In this document: positions 26,628-45,039 of the stretch, piece by piece | Position numbering within the stretch: position 1 is the stretch's first letter | How the letters are laid out: every line of letters starts with the position of its first letter | Assembly (NCBI GenBank): GCA_965153355.1 | Contig: OZ231126.1 | Coordinates: 8,680,001-8,744,000 of the forward strand | Direction: 5' to 3' | Source: Flaccisagitta enflata | Lineage: Eukaryota | Length of the DNA stretch: 64,000 nt | Translations under genes and position numbers: made by a program | The notes under the pieces: model-generated | Database searches by the model: none | Told to the model about the DNA's origin: nothing | Seen by the model: only the letters and a program-made list of their open reading frames with translations

Positions 26628-27975
26628 TGTCAAGAACTGGTAAAAGGCAAACGGTTTTCTCTATTTTTCCCAATTTACAGGTCATTGACATTCCGATGGG
26701 CAATTGACCTGTGTTCGTTGGACTGTTATGCAAGACATGAATATTTAGTGTCAGCAACAGCGACAGTAATTGGCAGGTGCTGTTGGACTATCAAAGCGCC
26801 AATGACAGTGATCAAGCCGAACATCAGTGTCTTATGCCAGCCTTAAAAATATTTACAGTGTCAGCAACAGCGAGTTTTTACAATATCTCTTTTTGGCGTT
26901 TTACTTTTAGTGTGGTTCACGTCGGTCTTGATTATGTCTCATCTTTCAATCATGTGTGTCCTGTCAGTTGTAATTATCTCATGTGTCTAGCGTGTCTCGT
27001 GTGTCTCAAGTGTCTATAGTGTGTCTACGTCTAGCATGTTTCGTGTGTCTTGTGTGTCTCACGTATTAAGTGTGTTTCGTGTCTCGTGCTTGATTCATCT
27101 CCGCCTCAAGCATGTCTAAACGTGATTTATGTTTCTCGGCATCCTGAGTGAGCAAATATTTGATGACGTAATTAGTTGTTGTAGAGAGAAGCAGCAGCAC
27201 AACAGCGGCAACAGCGCAACAGCGGCAACATTTCAACAGCAGCAATAGCGCTGCAACAGCAGCATTCTCAGTGGATTAGAGGGTAACCCGAATCTACGAA
27301 AATAATCAAGGCCAAAGGACGTGACAAAATCCCTCTTAATAACCACCGTAAACAAGACCAACTAAGTGTGTAAGGAGAATAATTGGAACAAAAAAAAACA
27401 TGCACCATGACCATCTATTTGCTGACTGATGCACACACGCGGGTGAGCCTACTATGCAATTCTCAATCTTGAATAAAGAGGCCACACTGCCGCAGATCCC
27501 ACCACCATGAAAAACAAATACCCAACACTCTCCTATCACCCCCTATTCATCACCAATTCACCTACACATTGCATAAGATCCCACCAACACGAAATATGAA
27601 TACACTTCACCCCCCTATTACCCCCTATTTACCACCAATTCACCTCGAGGCAATGCTCAGGCCGTTTTAACTACTTTCATTCCACGTTTGCTTTTGCTGT
27701 TACTTTTGCTTTTATTTTCCATTCGACTTTTGCTTTTGCCTTCTCTATCGTTAAAAAAGAATTTTGATATACCCCTCAATTCATTGGAAGCATCCAACCG
27801 AGGTGATCAAGGATCAACTGCAGTTGCCATGGGGGTCTCAATCTAATTATTCATGAATTTACAAATGATAAAAGACATGATTAAATGGAGCTTAAAGAGG
27901 ATATGAAGAGACGCGAAACAACAAAAAAAGCAACCCAACCAAATCAAAGCCTATTGCATCCCAAACCAAATTAGC

Positions 27976-28347
<372 letters not shown>

Positions 28348-28351
28348 AAAA

Positions 28352-29152
28352 CGGTCAGGAGTCCCGCTTGCAAAAAGCTCAAGTAAAAAAAAAATGGACC
28401 CATCCCAGATTTTTGCACAGGGGACCTAAAAAGGCTGTAGAACAAGATTCTGATACCCATTTTGTCCTGACTTGAGCCAAAAAAATTAGAAACGTTTTTT
28501 TGTGCAAAAAACAGCTATTTTTCATAAAAAAATAGTATAAAATGAAACATTTTGGACTTTTTTTTTACAGAAACATAAAGTACCAATAGCAATCAATACT
28601 TCAGTAAACCTAGAACAATTTTGAATAGGTCTAAGAGGTTCAAAAATAGTGTTAAAACTGCCAAAAATGAAAAAATGACTTAAAAATAAAAAAATTCAAA
28701 AACTGATTTTTTTAGAACAGTTTCTTAAGGTATGATATGCTGTCAGTATAAATTTCATTGGTATGCTTAAAGAAACATGCATGTTATATTAAAAAAACAT
28801 GAAACCGCAATATGCAAATGAGATCAAATTGCAAATTTTCAAGATTAGCCAAAATCGTATAAATACACCAAAAATTGAATCAGCACAGTACAAATGATCA
28901 AAATACATCAATTTTTTTTCAGTCCAAATTAATATAAAAATGTTGAAAAAATAGTGTTTTCATAGCAAAAAACTCAATTTTTTACACAAAAAAGCGTTTC
29001 TACTTTTTTTGGCTCAAGTTAGGTCAAAATGAATATCAGAATCGGATTCTACAGCCTTTTTAGGTCCCCTGTAGAAAAATCTATGATGGGTCCATTTATT
29101 TTTTTTTTTAAACCCTTAAAATTGAGATTTTCTCCAACCGGAATCCTGACCG
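28352..29152. mobile_element. MITE with ~190-bp imperfect TIRs, CGGTCAGGA termini, possible AAAA TSD; superfamily unassigned
   Basis: CGGTCAGGAGTCCCG...CAGGGGACCTAAAAAGGCTGTAGAA vs TTCTACAGCCTTTTTAGGTCCCCTG...GGAATCCTGACCG. Confidence 0.75.
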
Positions 29153-29892
29153 AAAAAGAAAGAAACAAAGACAAAGAAACGAGAGAATAAAAAAAGAGGA
29201 GATTAAGCTTTATTAAATTGCACAGTAAGATTATCGTATCATTAATCATTAATCATGATCTTTTGAGATGAATATTTAAGAGATATTGCAAATTCTCAGA
29301 GGTGATCGTGGCTTCAGTAGGCTACCTCCACTTGAGCGTTCCGACTTAAAAAGACAGGTACAGTCAAACCCCGCTATACTGGATCCATGAGTAACCGTAA
29401 TGGTGGCTAGTTCACGCATAATAGGCGACTTTTTCGAAAGGTTACATAGCTTTTGACCAGTCTTGTGATGATTTCTGAAGAGGGAATATTTTTTCAGAAA
29501 TTTGAAGGATAGTTGTGGTGGGTCCGGATCAAACACCTGTTAGAGCTCCAAAGGCTCTTCTTCTTATTTTAGATGTTGTAGATTTTAAAAATGTTGAGTA
29601 GTAATTTTGTCCAACATTTATACGATAGTTGGTGGGCGTAAGACAGGAATGAATCATTTTGGCCATTCTAGGCATCCTGCCCGGCGCACTGTGCAAGATG
29701 TATCCTGCCCGGCGCACTGTGCAAGGTGCCCAAGCATTGGAAGTGATTTGGTTTGGGATCAGGTGGTTCATTGTGACTGTACAAAACGCTTTAGTCTTTA
29801 AGGATAAATCTCGGCCAACGCATTTTTAGGCGCCATTTTCTTTTTCATTCAATTCAATCTCCTTTCCTGACTTAATCACTGAATGCGCTCTC

Positions 29893-30004
<112 letters not shown>

Positions 30005-30633
30005 GTTTTCATTAGTGAGCGAGAAATTGAGATGCAGCGTTAAATACTTGTTTCACTTTTAGTAGATGTTGTGGGTAAACCATTTTACTCAAGCCAAAAA
30101 AAAAAACAAAAAAAAACCAGACAATAGATCATAGGAGAATTCTCAGAACACTTGTTGCTTACGTGAAGCTTATATTGTCTTAGTCTTAGCCAAATTTAAT
30201 TTTTTTTTCAAGATCATTTTTTTTATTGAATATTAGAAAAGTCTATCACTCCTTAAGCTGAGAAAAGAAAAAAAAATACTCTACTGGAATCCTTATTGGA
30301 TAACCCATTCAGGCAAGTATTTTCACCAGCCAAAGCAGGAAAAAAAATTAATCAAAGGTAAATGAAACAATTAAAAGAGTGAGGTTCATTATTTCAGATG
30401 TTGAAAACATCGATGATTCTTCTTCCAAAGGGAATTGGTTTCAATCAACAGAAAGATTGAAATGTTTGATAGTGGAGTTGATATTTTTTTCGGTCGAGAG
30501 TGATGGCCACTTCCGACTTCTTTCAGACGTTCAAGGACAGTCTTTAATTCCCAATACTGTCATTTCAATCTTGAATTTTACATCTTGGCCTCCGAAAGAG
30601 CGTCACAGACGTCAGTTGTTATTCCGCAATTTC

Positions 30634-31000
30634 AAGTGTCTGGTCTTTATAATCCCGCGGATTCGCGAAATTATAAGAGGCTTTGTTCGTCTGGCGCGTC
30701 TGTTGGTTAGTTGGCTGGTTGGTTGGTCTGTAAGTATTTTGAAACCGCCTCTTTCCCACCTAACCTCTTCCCCCAACGCCCCTCTATCGAAGACGTTATC
30801 TAAACCCCATCGGGAAGTGTCTGGTCTTTTTAGGTCCCGCGGATTCGCAAAATTATAAGAGGCTTTGTTCGTCTGGCGCGTCTGTTGGTTAGTTGGCTGG
30901 TTGGTTAGTCTGTAAGGCTGGAGATAAGTATTTTGAAACCGCTTATTTCCCACCTAACCCCTTCCCCCGAACGACCCTCTATCGAAGACGTTATCGTAAC
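30634..31000 (+). repeat. ~180-bp tandem duplication containing a HINE-like head (…TTATAAGAGGCTTTGTTCGTC…GGTTGG)
   Basis: Units begin AAGTGTCTGGTCTTT at ~30634 and ~30814. Confidence 0.8.
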
Positions 31001-33147
31001 CCCATGTTATGCGTTCCAATTTTTTTGGTTGTTAGAACACCTCGTGGGCAGTTTCAGTATCATTTCTCTACTTGATAAGTCTTTCAGTCACCATAAAAGA
31101 AATCATAAAGGATCATGAATGGAAAACCTTGTGGGTGTGTTACTACTGACGACAGCGATCGGGATCGTTGTCGTTAATCATGTTTACAGCGTGAACACTT
31201 ATTTTGAATTTTTGCTGTCCTGCAAAGGAGTAAGCGAAGTGAGTGAGTATGCGAAAAGAGTGAGGGAACAAAGTGGATTGCTGTGAAGCAAGTGAGCAGT
31301 GTAAGTGGTGCGAACGAATTAATGTGGCGAGCAACCGATTGACCTATTTTAACTGCGGTTGTCTGCGAGTAGTAACGCACCTCATGTCCGTTTCTCAGAT
31401 ATATACCCAGATTCTCAGTGAGAGGGCATGTTTGTTTTTCGACCAGACGATAAACATAAACTTGAACTTAGCCTGGAGCTGTTTTGTGCAATGCGGCAAA
31501 TCTAACTTACTTTCCTTCTTTTTGCACTATGGCACGGGTCGGATATTTTTCTCTCTTTTTTTATTGCAATAGATTTATTGCAGTTTGAGAGAACAGCTAT
31601 TTTGACCCTATCATGATAAGGTATTACTCCAACACAAAATTCATTGTAGGAAGATGTTATATAAGTGGTCAGCGGTACCCGTGCCCTGCTTGAGTAGTAT
31701 GTGATTTAGGTTGAGGGGGAGCAGGGCAGCGGCCCCAAAGGGGGTGAAGTCCTGTTGAACACAGGGGGAATCTGTCTGTCCGTCCGTCCGTCCATCCGTC
31801 CATCCGTCCGTTCATCCTTCTGTCTGCCTTCCCTCTGTCCAGGATGCTCTATTATTCAAACTCTCATTACATAACATAGAGAAAGGACAAAAGGCAGAAT
31901 ATGGACATCGGTACCCAAACCCTTCTTGAGTAGTTTGTTGGTTAAATTGAGGGGGTACCAGGCTAGGATCTGGATCACTGAGGCCAGAATCTGGACCTCA
32001 GAGATCAGTTTCTTAGTCTCTCAGGCCAGCATTTGAATCTCTGAGGCTAGGATTTGGATCTATAAGGCCATGATTTGGGTCTTAGAGGCCAGAACCTGCA
32101 ACTTGGAGGCTATAATCTGGGTCCCAGTGATCAAGATCTGGGTCTTTAAGGCTAGGAAGGGGGTTTTAGAATTGTGCCTACCTTGGAGCAAACACTCTGA
32201 TGTTGTTGCTTCAACACTGTCATACCAATGTGCTTTTCTTGAAGCGAACACTCAGATGTTGTTGCTCCAACATTATCATACCACTGTGCCTACCTTGGAG
32301 CAAACACTCAGATGCTGTTGATTTAACACTATCGCACCACTGTGCCTACCTTGGAGCGAATCCCCGCCTCAACAAAACAGTGTTTGGGAGGTCAGATCAA
32401 ATGCTCTTATAGATTCCACATTCGTGTTTTTCTCTGCTCAAAGAAAATGTTTCGCATTTTGAGGAAAGAATGAAGAAGTCACCGGATCCAAAGAAGGTCT
32501 GTAATATATATGATATGTTCATGTATTTCTTTGTATATGTCTTTATTTCATCACTAGTGACGGCACATACCAACAATTATTGGATCATTACATTAAACAA
32601 TCATTTATGGGTCTTTTTCGTCACTTTTTCGCTTGAGTGCAATTTAAGTAGAATTGCTTAACCACAGTCATTTTCCAAATTGATGCATTTGTAGATAGTC
32701 TGGCTACTTATGATTTTTTTTCCTGTAAATTACTGATTAAGTAAAGCCATTACAACCAAAGGCCATAATCTGGCAAATAATACATGGCAACTTTTCACGA
32801 TACTGTGTTAACATTATGGAGCTGAATTGACGCATAAATGGTAGCCGTGTATCCGGCCTTGTTTTCCTTTGAGTTTTCAGAGGAACAAACGAAGAAACTC
32901 GCACACACTTTTCCATTTCAACGGTTTTCGCCAATTGCCCCATTAGCTGGCAGATGATTGGTATTTTAGTGGCAACCTGATGGCATCTTGTTATAAAACT
33001 CTCCTCCCAGGGTGTTTGTGTGCACATGGGCACAAGCTTGTGTGCACAAGCATGTGTGTCAAGTCAAGTGCGTGAAAGGGCAACAGAAAAGAATTAAAGA
33101 AGGATGAGGAAGAAGAGGCAAGAGATGAGAGGAAAGAGAGGAGCAAA

Positions 33148-34004
<857 letters not shown>

Positions 34005-35443
34005 AATAATGATTAAAATCGACAAAGCGGTTAAAAATAAGGAGAAGTTCAAATGGCTCTTAGAAGAAGAAAGTTTGAGACGGGAGGAAAAAAACTGCGT
34101 TCTAACTCTATGGCCCCCAAAAGACCATTTTCCCCCTTTTCTGTTTCCAATGAGAACCAGACTGGTTTTATGGGAGGGAAAAGTTTATGGGGTTCTCCTT
34201 GGAGTCAGTCAAGGTCAAATTTGCCCATTGACCTCAATGTCAATGCTAATGCCAATATTTGGGGTTAAAGACAAGTTTCCCCAATCTTTTTAGGTCGCCT
34301 GCGAGCATTTCAATCAACCCCCTTCCTCACATGGGTTGGAATGAAATGGATGGCTCATCAGAATAATACAAGACATATTGTAATTGAACCACTCATATGT
34401 ACATGTTTATAAAACAAACGGCGCCAGCGCAAATTCAAATAGATAAATAGCTTAGAAGAAGAAGAAGAAGAAGAAGAAGAAAAAGAAAAAGAAAAAGAAA
34501 AAGAAAAAGAAAAAGAAAAAGAAAAAGAAGAAGAAGAAGAAGAAGAAGAAGAGAAAGAAGAGGAGGAAGAAGACGAAGAAGAAGAAGAAGAATAAGAAGA
34601 AGAAGAAGAAGAAGAAGAAGATGGTTTAGAAGAGAATTGATGATGAAGAGGAGAAAAAATGCATGAGACTAACGATGGAGCAGATTTGATGGAATTTCAG
34701 ATTGACGCTTAAGTTCTTTCCCAAGAGAAAGAACAGAAAAAGGCAACGGATGTAGGAGGAAAGAAGGAAGGAAGGCAGAAGGAGAAAAAGAGGATGGAAA
34801 GGGAGAAGAAGGACAGGAAAGAAGGGAGGAAGATAGGGGAGAAGGAAGAAAGACAGGGAGATTCCAGAAACAAGAAGAAGGAGAAAAGGAGGAAATGATA
34901 AGGCGAGAAGAAGGAAAGGTTTCGTGAAATTATGAAAGAAAAGACAAAAAGAAAACGAAACAAGGCCGGATACACGCGTACCCCAGTAGCGTGCAGGTGG
35001 GCAGGGGCCGTATCTGAGGTCACTTCATCATTTGGGCAGGAGCGGTGAGGCCAAAAACCGCTAAAACCCCCAAAAAGTAAAGTGTGACGAACCGATGGGT
35101 TGACAAACGGACCAACAGACCGACAAAGCGGGATGTAGAGTCGCATAGCACGCAAAATAAACCTTCATGTAGACAAAGAAATCGAATCACACGATGAAAA
35201 GAAAAAGGTGGAGTCAGAAAGACAAACGGGATTACCATGAATATCCCTCCATTGACGATGTAAAAGACACCACATTCATTCCTGCTACTTTTCTTTTTGT
35301 ATAAAATGTAAAATGTTCACATTTTCTGCTGCTTAGTTTTTGCTTCTGGAATAATCGATGCAGAAAGTATGGGGAAAAAATGATAACACGAAATCGAAAA
35401 AAAAAAAAGATGGCAAACATAAAATCCGGCGCTTGCTAAGATA

Positions 35444-37283
35444 AACAAGGCCAACACCTATAAGTCGCGTGCGAGACTTACATAATCGCTTAATTATATA
35501 AGTACGTTATTTCCTGTAATGACAAAATGACTATAATTACCTATTGACCTATAATTGCCTATAATGACCTATAATTACCTATAATTACCTATAATTACCC
35601 ATAATCAAATAATGACCTATAAGTACCTATGATTACCTATAATTACATATGGACCAATAATTACCTGTAATGACTTATGATTACCCATGATTACCCATAA
35701 CTACTATAATAACATAATGACCTATAATTACCTATAATGACCTATGATTTCCAATAATTACCTATAATTACCTTTAATTACCCATGATTAAATAACGACC
35801 TATAAGTACCTATAAAGACCTATAATTACCTATAATCACATACCAACAATTACTATATAAAAACATGATGACCTATAATTACCTATATTGACCTGTGATT
35901 ACCTACAATTACCTATAATGACCTATAATTGCCCATAATTAAATAATGACCTTTAAGTACCTAAAAAAAGGCCTATGATTACCTATAATTACATATGGAC
36001 CAATAATTACCTATAATGAACTATGATTACCCATATTTACCCATAACTACCTTTGATTACATAATGACCTATAATGACCTATGATTACCCAAAATTACCT
36101 ATAATTGCATAATGACCTATAATTACCTATAAATACCTATGATTAGCTAGAATTACCTATAATTGAATAATGACCTACAATTACCTATAATTGTCTATTG
36201 ACGTATAATTACCTATGATTATCTAAAATGACCTATAATTACCTATAATTACATGATGACCTATAGTTACCTATAATAATCTATAATTACCTTTAATTAC
36301 CTATGATTATCTATAATTACATAAGGACCATTAATTACCAATAATTACTTAAAATTGCATAATGACCTGAAATGACATATAATTACCTATTATGACGTAT
36401 AATTACCTATAATTACATGACCTATAATAACCTGTGATTACCTGTAATTACCTATAACTACCTATAATTACCTATGATTACCTATAATTACCTATAATTA
36501 CCTTTAATTACCTATAATTACCTATGATTACATACTGACCTATAATTACCGATAATGACCTATAATTGCATAATAACCTATAATAACCTTTAATGACCTA
36601 TAATTACCTATAATCACATAATGACCTATAATTACCTACAATGACTTATGATTACCTATAATGACCTATGATTACCTATAATTGCATAATGACCTATGAT
36701 GACCTATAATTACCTATGATTACCCAATTATGTAAATAAAAAGTGAAATAACTATATTGACTAAAATGACTAAGATGACTGAGAATGACTTATAATGACT
36801 TAGAATGACTAAAAATGACTTAAAATGACCTAAGATGATGTATAATGACTTATAATGACTTAAAATGACATAAAATGACTTAAAATGACTTAAAATGATG
36901 AAAAGGATTATATTGACTAAAATGACAATAATGACTTAAACTGACTTGGAGTGACTTAAATGTCTTAAAATCACTTGAAATGACTTAAAATCACTTGAAA
37001 TGACTTGAAATAACTTAAAATTATTTAGAATGACTTAAAATGATGAAAAGGACTATATTGACTAAAATGACAAAAATGACTTAAAATGACTTAAAATGAC
37101 TCAAAATGACTCAGAATGACTTAGAATGACTTAGAATGACTTAGAATGACTAAAAATGACCTAAAGAAATAAAATTGATAAAAAAAGTAAAGTGTGACCG
37201 ACCGACCGACCGACCAACCAACCGACCGACCGACCGACCAACGGACACAGCGGGTTGTAGAGTCGCGTGCACGCGACTAAAAA
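35444..37283 (-). mobile_element. HINE family B copy inflated to 1.84 kb by internal 10-bp satellite arrays
   Basis: Tail AACAAGGCCAACACCTATAAGTCGCGTGCGAGA at 35444 and head GAGTCGCGTGCACGCGACTAAAAA at 37283. Interior is (ATTACCTATA/ATGACCTATA)n followed by (AATGACTTAA)n. Confidence 0.85.
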
Positions 37284-37336
37284 CTGAGCCAAAAACTCAT
37301 CACTTTCCCCGCAGTTGTAATGTTTCTTTTGTATAC

Positions 37337-37603
37337 GGGCGTGTTTCCAATGACAACAACAAACGCGAGTGTTCTGGTGAAACGCGTTTACAGCGTGAAC
37401 ACATTTTCATGAATTTCAACCGTCCCGCGAGGGAGTGAGTGAAGAGAGTGAGTGAGCCCACAAACGGAGCAAGCAAGTGAAGCGGGAGTAGCGAAGCAGA
37501 CTGCTGCAGATTGAGTGAGCAGAGCGAGCGGTGCGAGCAAACGAACGTAGCGAGCGACCCAGTGGCCCATTCAAAACGCGGTTGTCACATATAGAAACAA
37601 GCC
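37337..37603. mobile_element. Short TIR element (GGGCGTGTTTC...GAAACAAGCC), possibly PIF/Harbinger-type. Relatives at ~31134-31380 and ~62835-62938(-)
   Basis: Shared core GTTTACAGCGTGAACAC and a GAGCGA-rich interior. TSD not clear. Confidence 0.55.
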
Positions 37604-38253
37604 TGAACACATCGACTACACCAAGCGCATTCAAGCATCAAGAACAGACCAAAACTCATCATCTTCGCTGCCATTGTAACATTTCGGCATTTGTCAAGGC
37701 AGAGATCACCCGATCCAAACAAAGGCACCCTCAAAGCTCATGTCATCTTTGATGCCGTTTTACGTTTTGTGAGGCTCATGCAGGTAAAAAGCTGGAATGG
37801 TGCCTTTTGATCGAGACTCACCAAATGCCGTTGTTACGGTGTGTGCTTTTTTGAATGGAACTAAGAACAATGGAAACCCGCCTATAACGGATATGAAATC
37901 ACGTCCTTCATGTCATGATATACTTGTTTCCTTCATTGGTAATAACAGAAATTCGCCTATAATTGACAAGATTTGCTGCTCCATTAACATCCCTGGTTGC
38001 TGGGTCTTACTGCATTAACATGAATAGCCTAATATCCTTTGAGGTAATCCACATATTCGCGTTTGAAAAGAACAAGCCCGATCGGGCAACTAGATACGTC
38101 ATCTGCGTGATATTAGAAGAGGTGTAACGGGCGGACGGACGGACGGACGGACCCTCTTTTAGCGATGCGATGACGCATCTAAAAACGTTGTTCTCTCTAT
38201 TGAACCTAAGTAGGAACACCGCTCATGGGTAGTTATGGGCAAGAAGCATCGGT

Positions 38254-38296
<43 letters not shown>

Positions 38297-38831
38297 AGGG
38301 AAAGAGAAATCGGCTTTTGTCCACATCAGTACATTAATGGACATTAGACGTCCAGATAAAGAATACCGCAGCCGCGCCACTGCCATCGCAGCCTCGCCAC
38401 CACCAGTCGCTGCGCCACCATTCCCCCATCGCTACCGCCACCGTTACCCGATCATTAAAGCGACTGTCACCTCCTTCTGTCCGCCATCACTGTAGGCACG
38501 GAATTTTCCATTTTCACACCTTACAAGATTAGGAACAACAGCAAACCGCAGTGACATGGGCTGGGGCAGTGTTGAGGGAGGCGAGGCCGGATATTTAGCC
38601 ACAATGGAACTCATTTTGCAGTAGTAAAGATTTGTGTTTGCATCATTCAAAAGGCACAATAGCGAATTGAATGGAAGCATTAGCGAGCGAGTGGTACTCG
38701 GGGGGGGGGGGCTTAAGGAAGGGACATTTCAACTCATCCGAAGCTTCAACGCTAAAAGATATTTTGTCGTGTAAACGACTTTTGTTTTTAAAAAAGAGAA
38801 TAAAAGATAGATAGATAGTTAGATAGATAAT

Positions 38832-38914
<83 letters not shown>

Positions 38915-39431
38915 TAAGGAAAGATGATCTTTTTAGCTTTACTACCCCACCCCAAAATGCCCCACTGATCCTCTTTATCGCTGACCCTGCCCAGTGTCCA
39001 CATTTTGAAGTAGACTCGTTTTGTTGATTCATGTGGACAGGATGGACCCACCGACCAACGGACAGTCCGAAATAGGCGGGGACGGGATTTATAGAGTCGC
39101 ATCAGATGCGAAAGGGAAAGCGAGAATGGGAAGGGCAGAAAAAAGACGACATCCACATAAATTATTGATAATTGAAAATGCGACAACTGGGGACAAATCG
39201 TGACTAGTAAGCCAATGAGAAAGAGAAAGAGAGAGAGACAGACAGACAGACGGACAGACAGACATAAAGACGAACAGACAAGCAGCTGAAAGAGAGAAAA
39301 AATACAGACTGACAGAAAGACAGAAGGACTGACAGATAGAGAAATCAAGACAAAAATGAAGAAAACAAGTGACGCGGGATCACAATATTGTTGCGGACGG
39401 GTGGGCAGGGGAATCCAACCCCCATCCACAC

Positions 39432-42553
<3,122 letters not shown>

Positions 42554-43559
42554 ATCCACACCCCAACCCACCCCCAACACTCAAACATACACAAAAAGTA
42601 TCTAAACGCTCGTTTTCCCACTTTTCAACTCGATGAACCCGGACCAATGGACAGACGGACGGACAACGCCTCTTATAGAGTTGCGTGACCGCAAGTATAA
42701 AGACAAGGAGGCATAGATCAAGAGATATTTGATCACCTTTTACTTTCAAAGCTCTCTTTTTCCGAATTGAGTGTGAGGTCATTGTTCTTATTTACAAAAC
42801 ATTAAAAAAATTCCCTGGAAAATTCTTCAACAAAAGAAAAAATAATCAAGAAACGATCGCCAAATGCCCAATTGGTTTTTCGCAAATTCTTGGGAAATAT
42901 GCTCTAAACGCCTGCAACTGCATTGATTATTAACATTAGGACTGAATCCAGTAAAACGATGGATAGATGGTACAATCTATAGGTAAGAAAAAACGAGACC
43001 AAATGTAACCACCACCTGTCTCACAATCATGGAAAATAGAAGTAAAAGTATGAAATGCGCATTTCTTAATGATCCAATGAGCCGAGTTTTTTTTTTAGTA
43101 GTAATCCAAAGACATAAAATTTCATCCAACTGAGCCAGTTACAAATAAGTCTTTCAATGTCAAATCATCCAGGATAGCGTTTCAGATGTTGTGAGATTAG
43201 AATGATTGATTGCTTCAGATCATTTTCACGAAAAATCAAATCCTATGGTCGCGTGTAGGTGGGCAGAGGCCGTGATGCAGAATCAGGGGTAGACATGCAA
43301 AAAAGGTTTTGCAAAAATTAATAAACAAACAGACCTACTTTCCAGAATGTGTTTTTGAAGGTTGAATCCAAAAGCGCTGGAAAAATAATATCCAAGCATC
43401 GTTTCCAAGAGAATTCGAGCCAAAGTGATTCGAGTCCAAATGAAACGTGACCTCAGTGAAAAGTGGGTAGAAAGCCTTTCACCCAACAATGCCATTCAAA
43501 ATCACATTTCAGATATGGAACGAGGTGAGACCCATTGCAAGGTGGCAACCACTCTACTC

Positions 43560-43910
43560 TGAATCAGATGGCACATAGGAAGGGCCAAAGGGAGGAGGGC
43601 AACCACTCTATTCATGTGGTCACGGGAAGGGGGTAACCATTTTACATGTGGCCAAGTGGAGGGTGCAACTACTCAAATTACCCGGCAAAGGCTAGGGGGC
43701 AACCACTCTATTCATGTGGCCATGGGAAGGGGGCAACCAATCTAGTCATGACTTATGAGGCCTCATGAGGCCTTACGAGGCAAAGGCAAGCGGGCAACCA
43801 CTAGTCATGTGGCCACAGGAAGAGATCAACTACTCTACTACTTTAGTCATGTGGCAATGGAAAAGGGAGCGACCTCTTTTTTCATGTGGCCAAGGGAAGG
43901 GGGCAACCGC
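43560..43910. repeat. Degenerate ~35-40-bp minisatellite (GGGGCAACCACTCTATTCATGTGGCCA..GGAA)
   Basis: Motif recurs about 8 times. Confidence 0.75.
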
Positions 43911-44646
43911 CGTAGACCGCCGTAGACACGCGGTAAAGGAAAAAAGGATCATGCGGTGCAGGGAAGTTATATTTGGCCGCGAAACTCGAAAGAAAAGGAG
44001 AGGATATATTTAGCCACTCTCAGATGTCGAAAAAAGGAAGGAAATTTGTTTGGCCTTCCAGAAGAGAAGGAGGGGGAAGAGAGCTGAGATTGGCTGGAAT
44101 ATCAAGGCCTGAAGGTTGGTAAGTCGAAATGATATTTTGAAATGAAAAGAATGACTATCAAGAAAAGTTTTTGGGATATGGAGATAGTTGCATTTGATTT
44201 TTCTGCAAATTCAGGTTTTTGAATAAGAAAATAAAGCGCGTGAGATGGCAACAAGTGACGCGGGGTCACAATATTGTTGCGGACGGGTGGGCAGGGGCAT
44301 TCAACCCCCATCCACACCCAAACCCACCCCAACCCTTAAGCATACACAATAAGTATCTAAAACGCTTGTTTCCCCACTTCTCAACTTGATGACCCCAAAC
44401 GGACCAACAGACGGATGGACGGATGGACAAAGCCTCTAATGGAGTTGCGTGTCCGCAACTAAAAATGTAGACAGTTCAGGATTCAGAAATGGCAAAAGGC
44501 TGCTCTTGGAGGAAGAGGCAAACGCATTGGTCTCGGAACAATGTAAGCTGGTGTTGTATGGGTGAAGGCCTGATCAGCATTGGTCTCTTGACGATGTAAG
44601 CTGGTGTCGCATAAATTAGTGAGGATTTTCTCAGTTTATGTATGTG

Positions 44647-44750
44647 CAGGGTGCAAGCCTGTATATAATTGAGTTCCCCCCCCCCGTCCCGTCGCGGGGT
44701 AGAAAATCAAAGGGGGGAAATCAAAAGCGACTCAATTATATACACCCCTG
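44647..44750. mobile_element. ~100-bp MITE remnant (CAGGG...TGTATATAATTGAGT / ACTCAATTATATACACCCCTG)
   Basis: Inverted repeat visible. TSD not recognisable. Confidence 0.55.
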
Positions 44751-44810
44751 GCATGGTGTGAAAGTGATTAAGGCCATGCTGAGATAAAGGTGACTTTTAC
44801 GTTAGGGTTA

Positions 44811-45039
44811 CTATCTTCACAAATAAAAACTTTCCACCTCAAAATGAGCATCAACTTTGAAAATGTACTGCTTCTTGTCTAACAAAGCTAATGACTGCAG
44901 ATTGGTCTCATAATAATGAGTTTAAACAAATCTTTCAATTCAGACCAATCAGGTTGTTATAGCTATATTCGTTTAGGAGCAGCTCTCTTCCAAAGTTGAT
45001 GGTAGTTTTCAGGTGGAAAGATTTTTTTTGTGAAGATAG
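44811..45039. mobile_element. TA-flanked palindromic MITE with CTATCT termini
   Basis: TA|CTATCTTCACAAATAAAAACTTTCCACCT ... AGGTGGAAAGATTTTTTTTGTGAAGATAG|TA. Confidence 0.8.
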
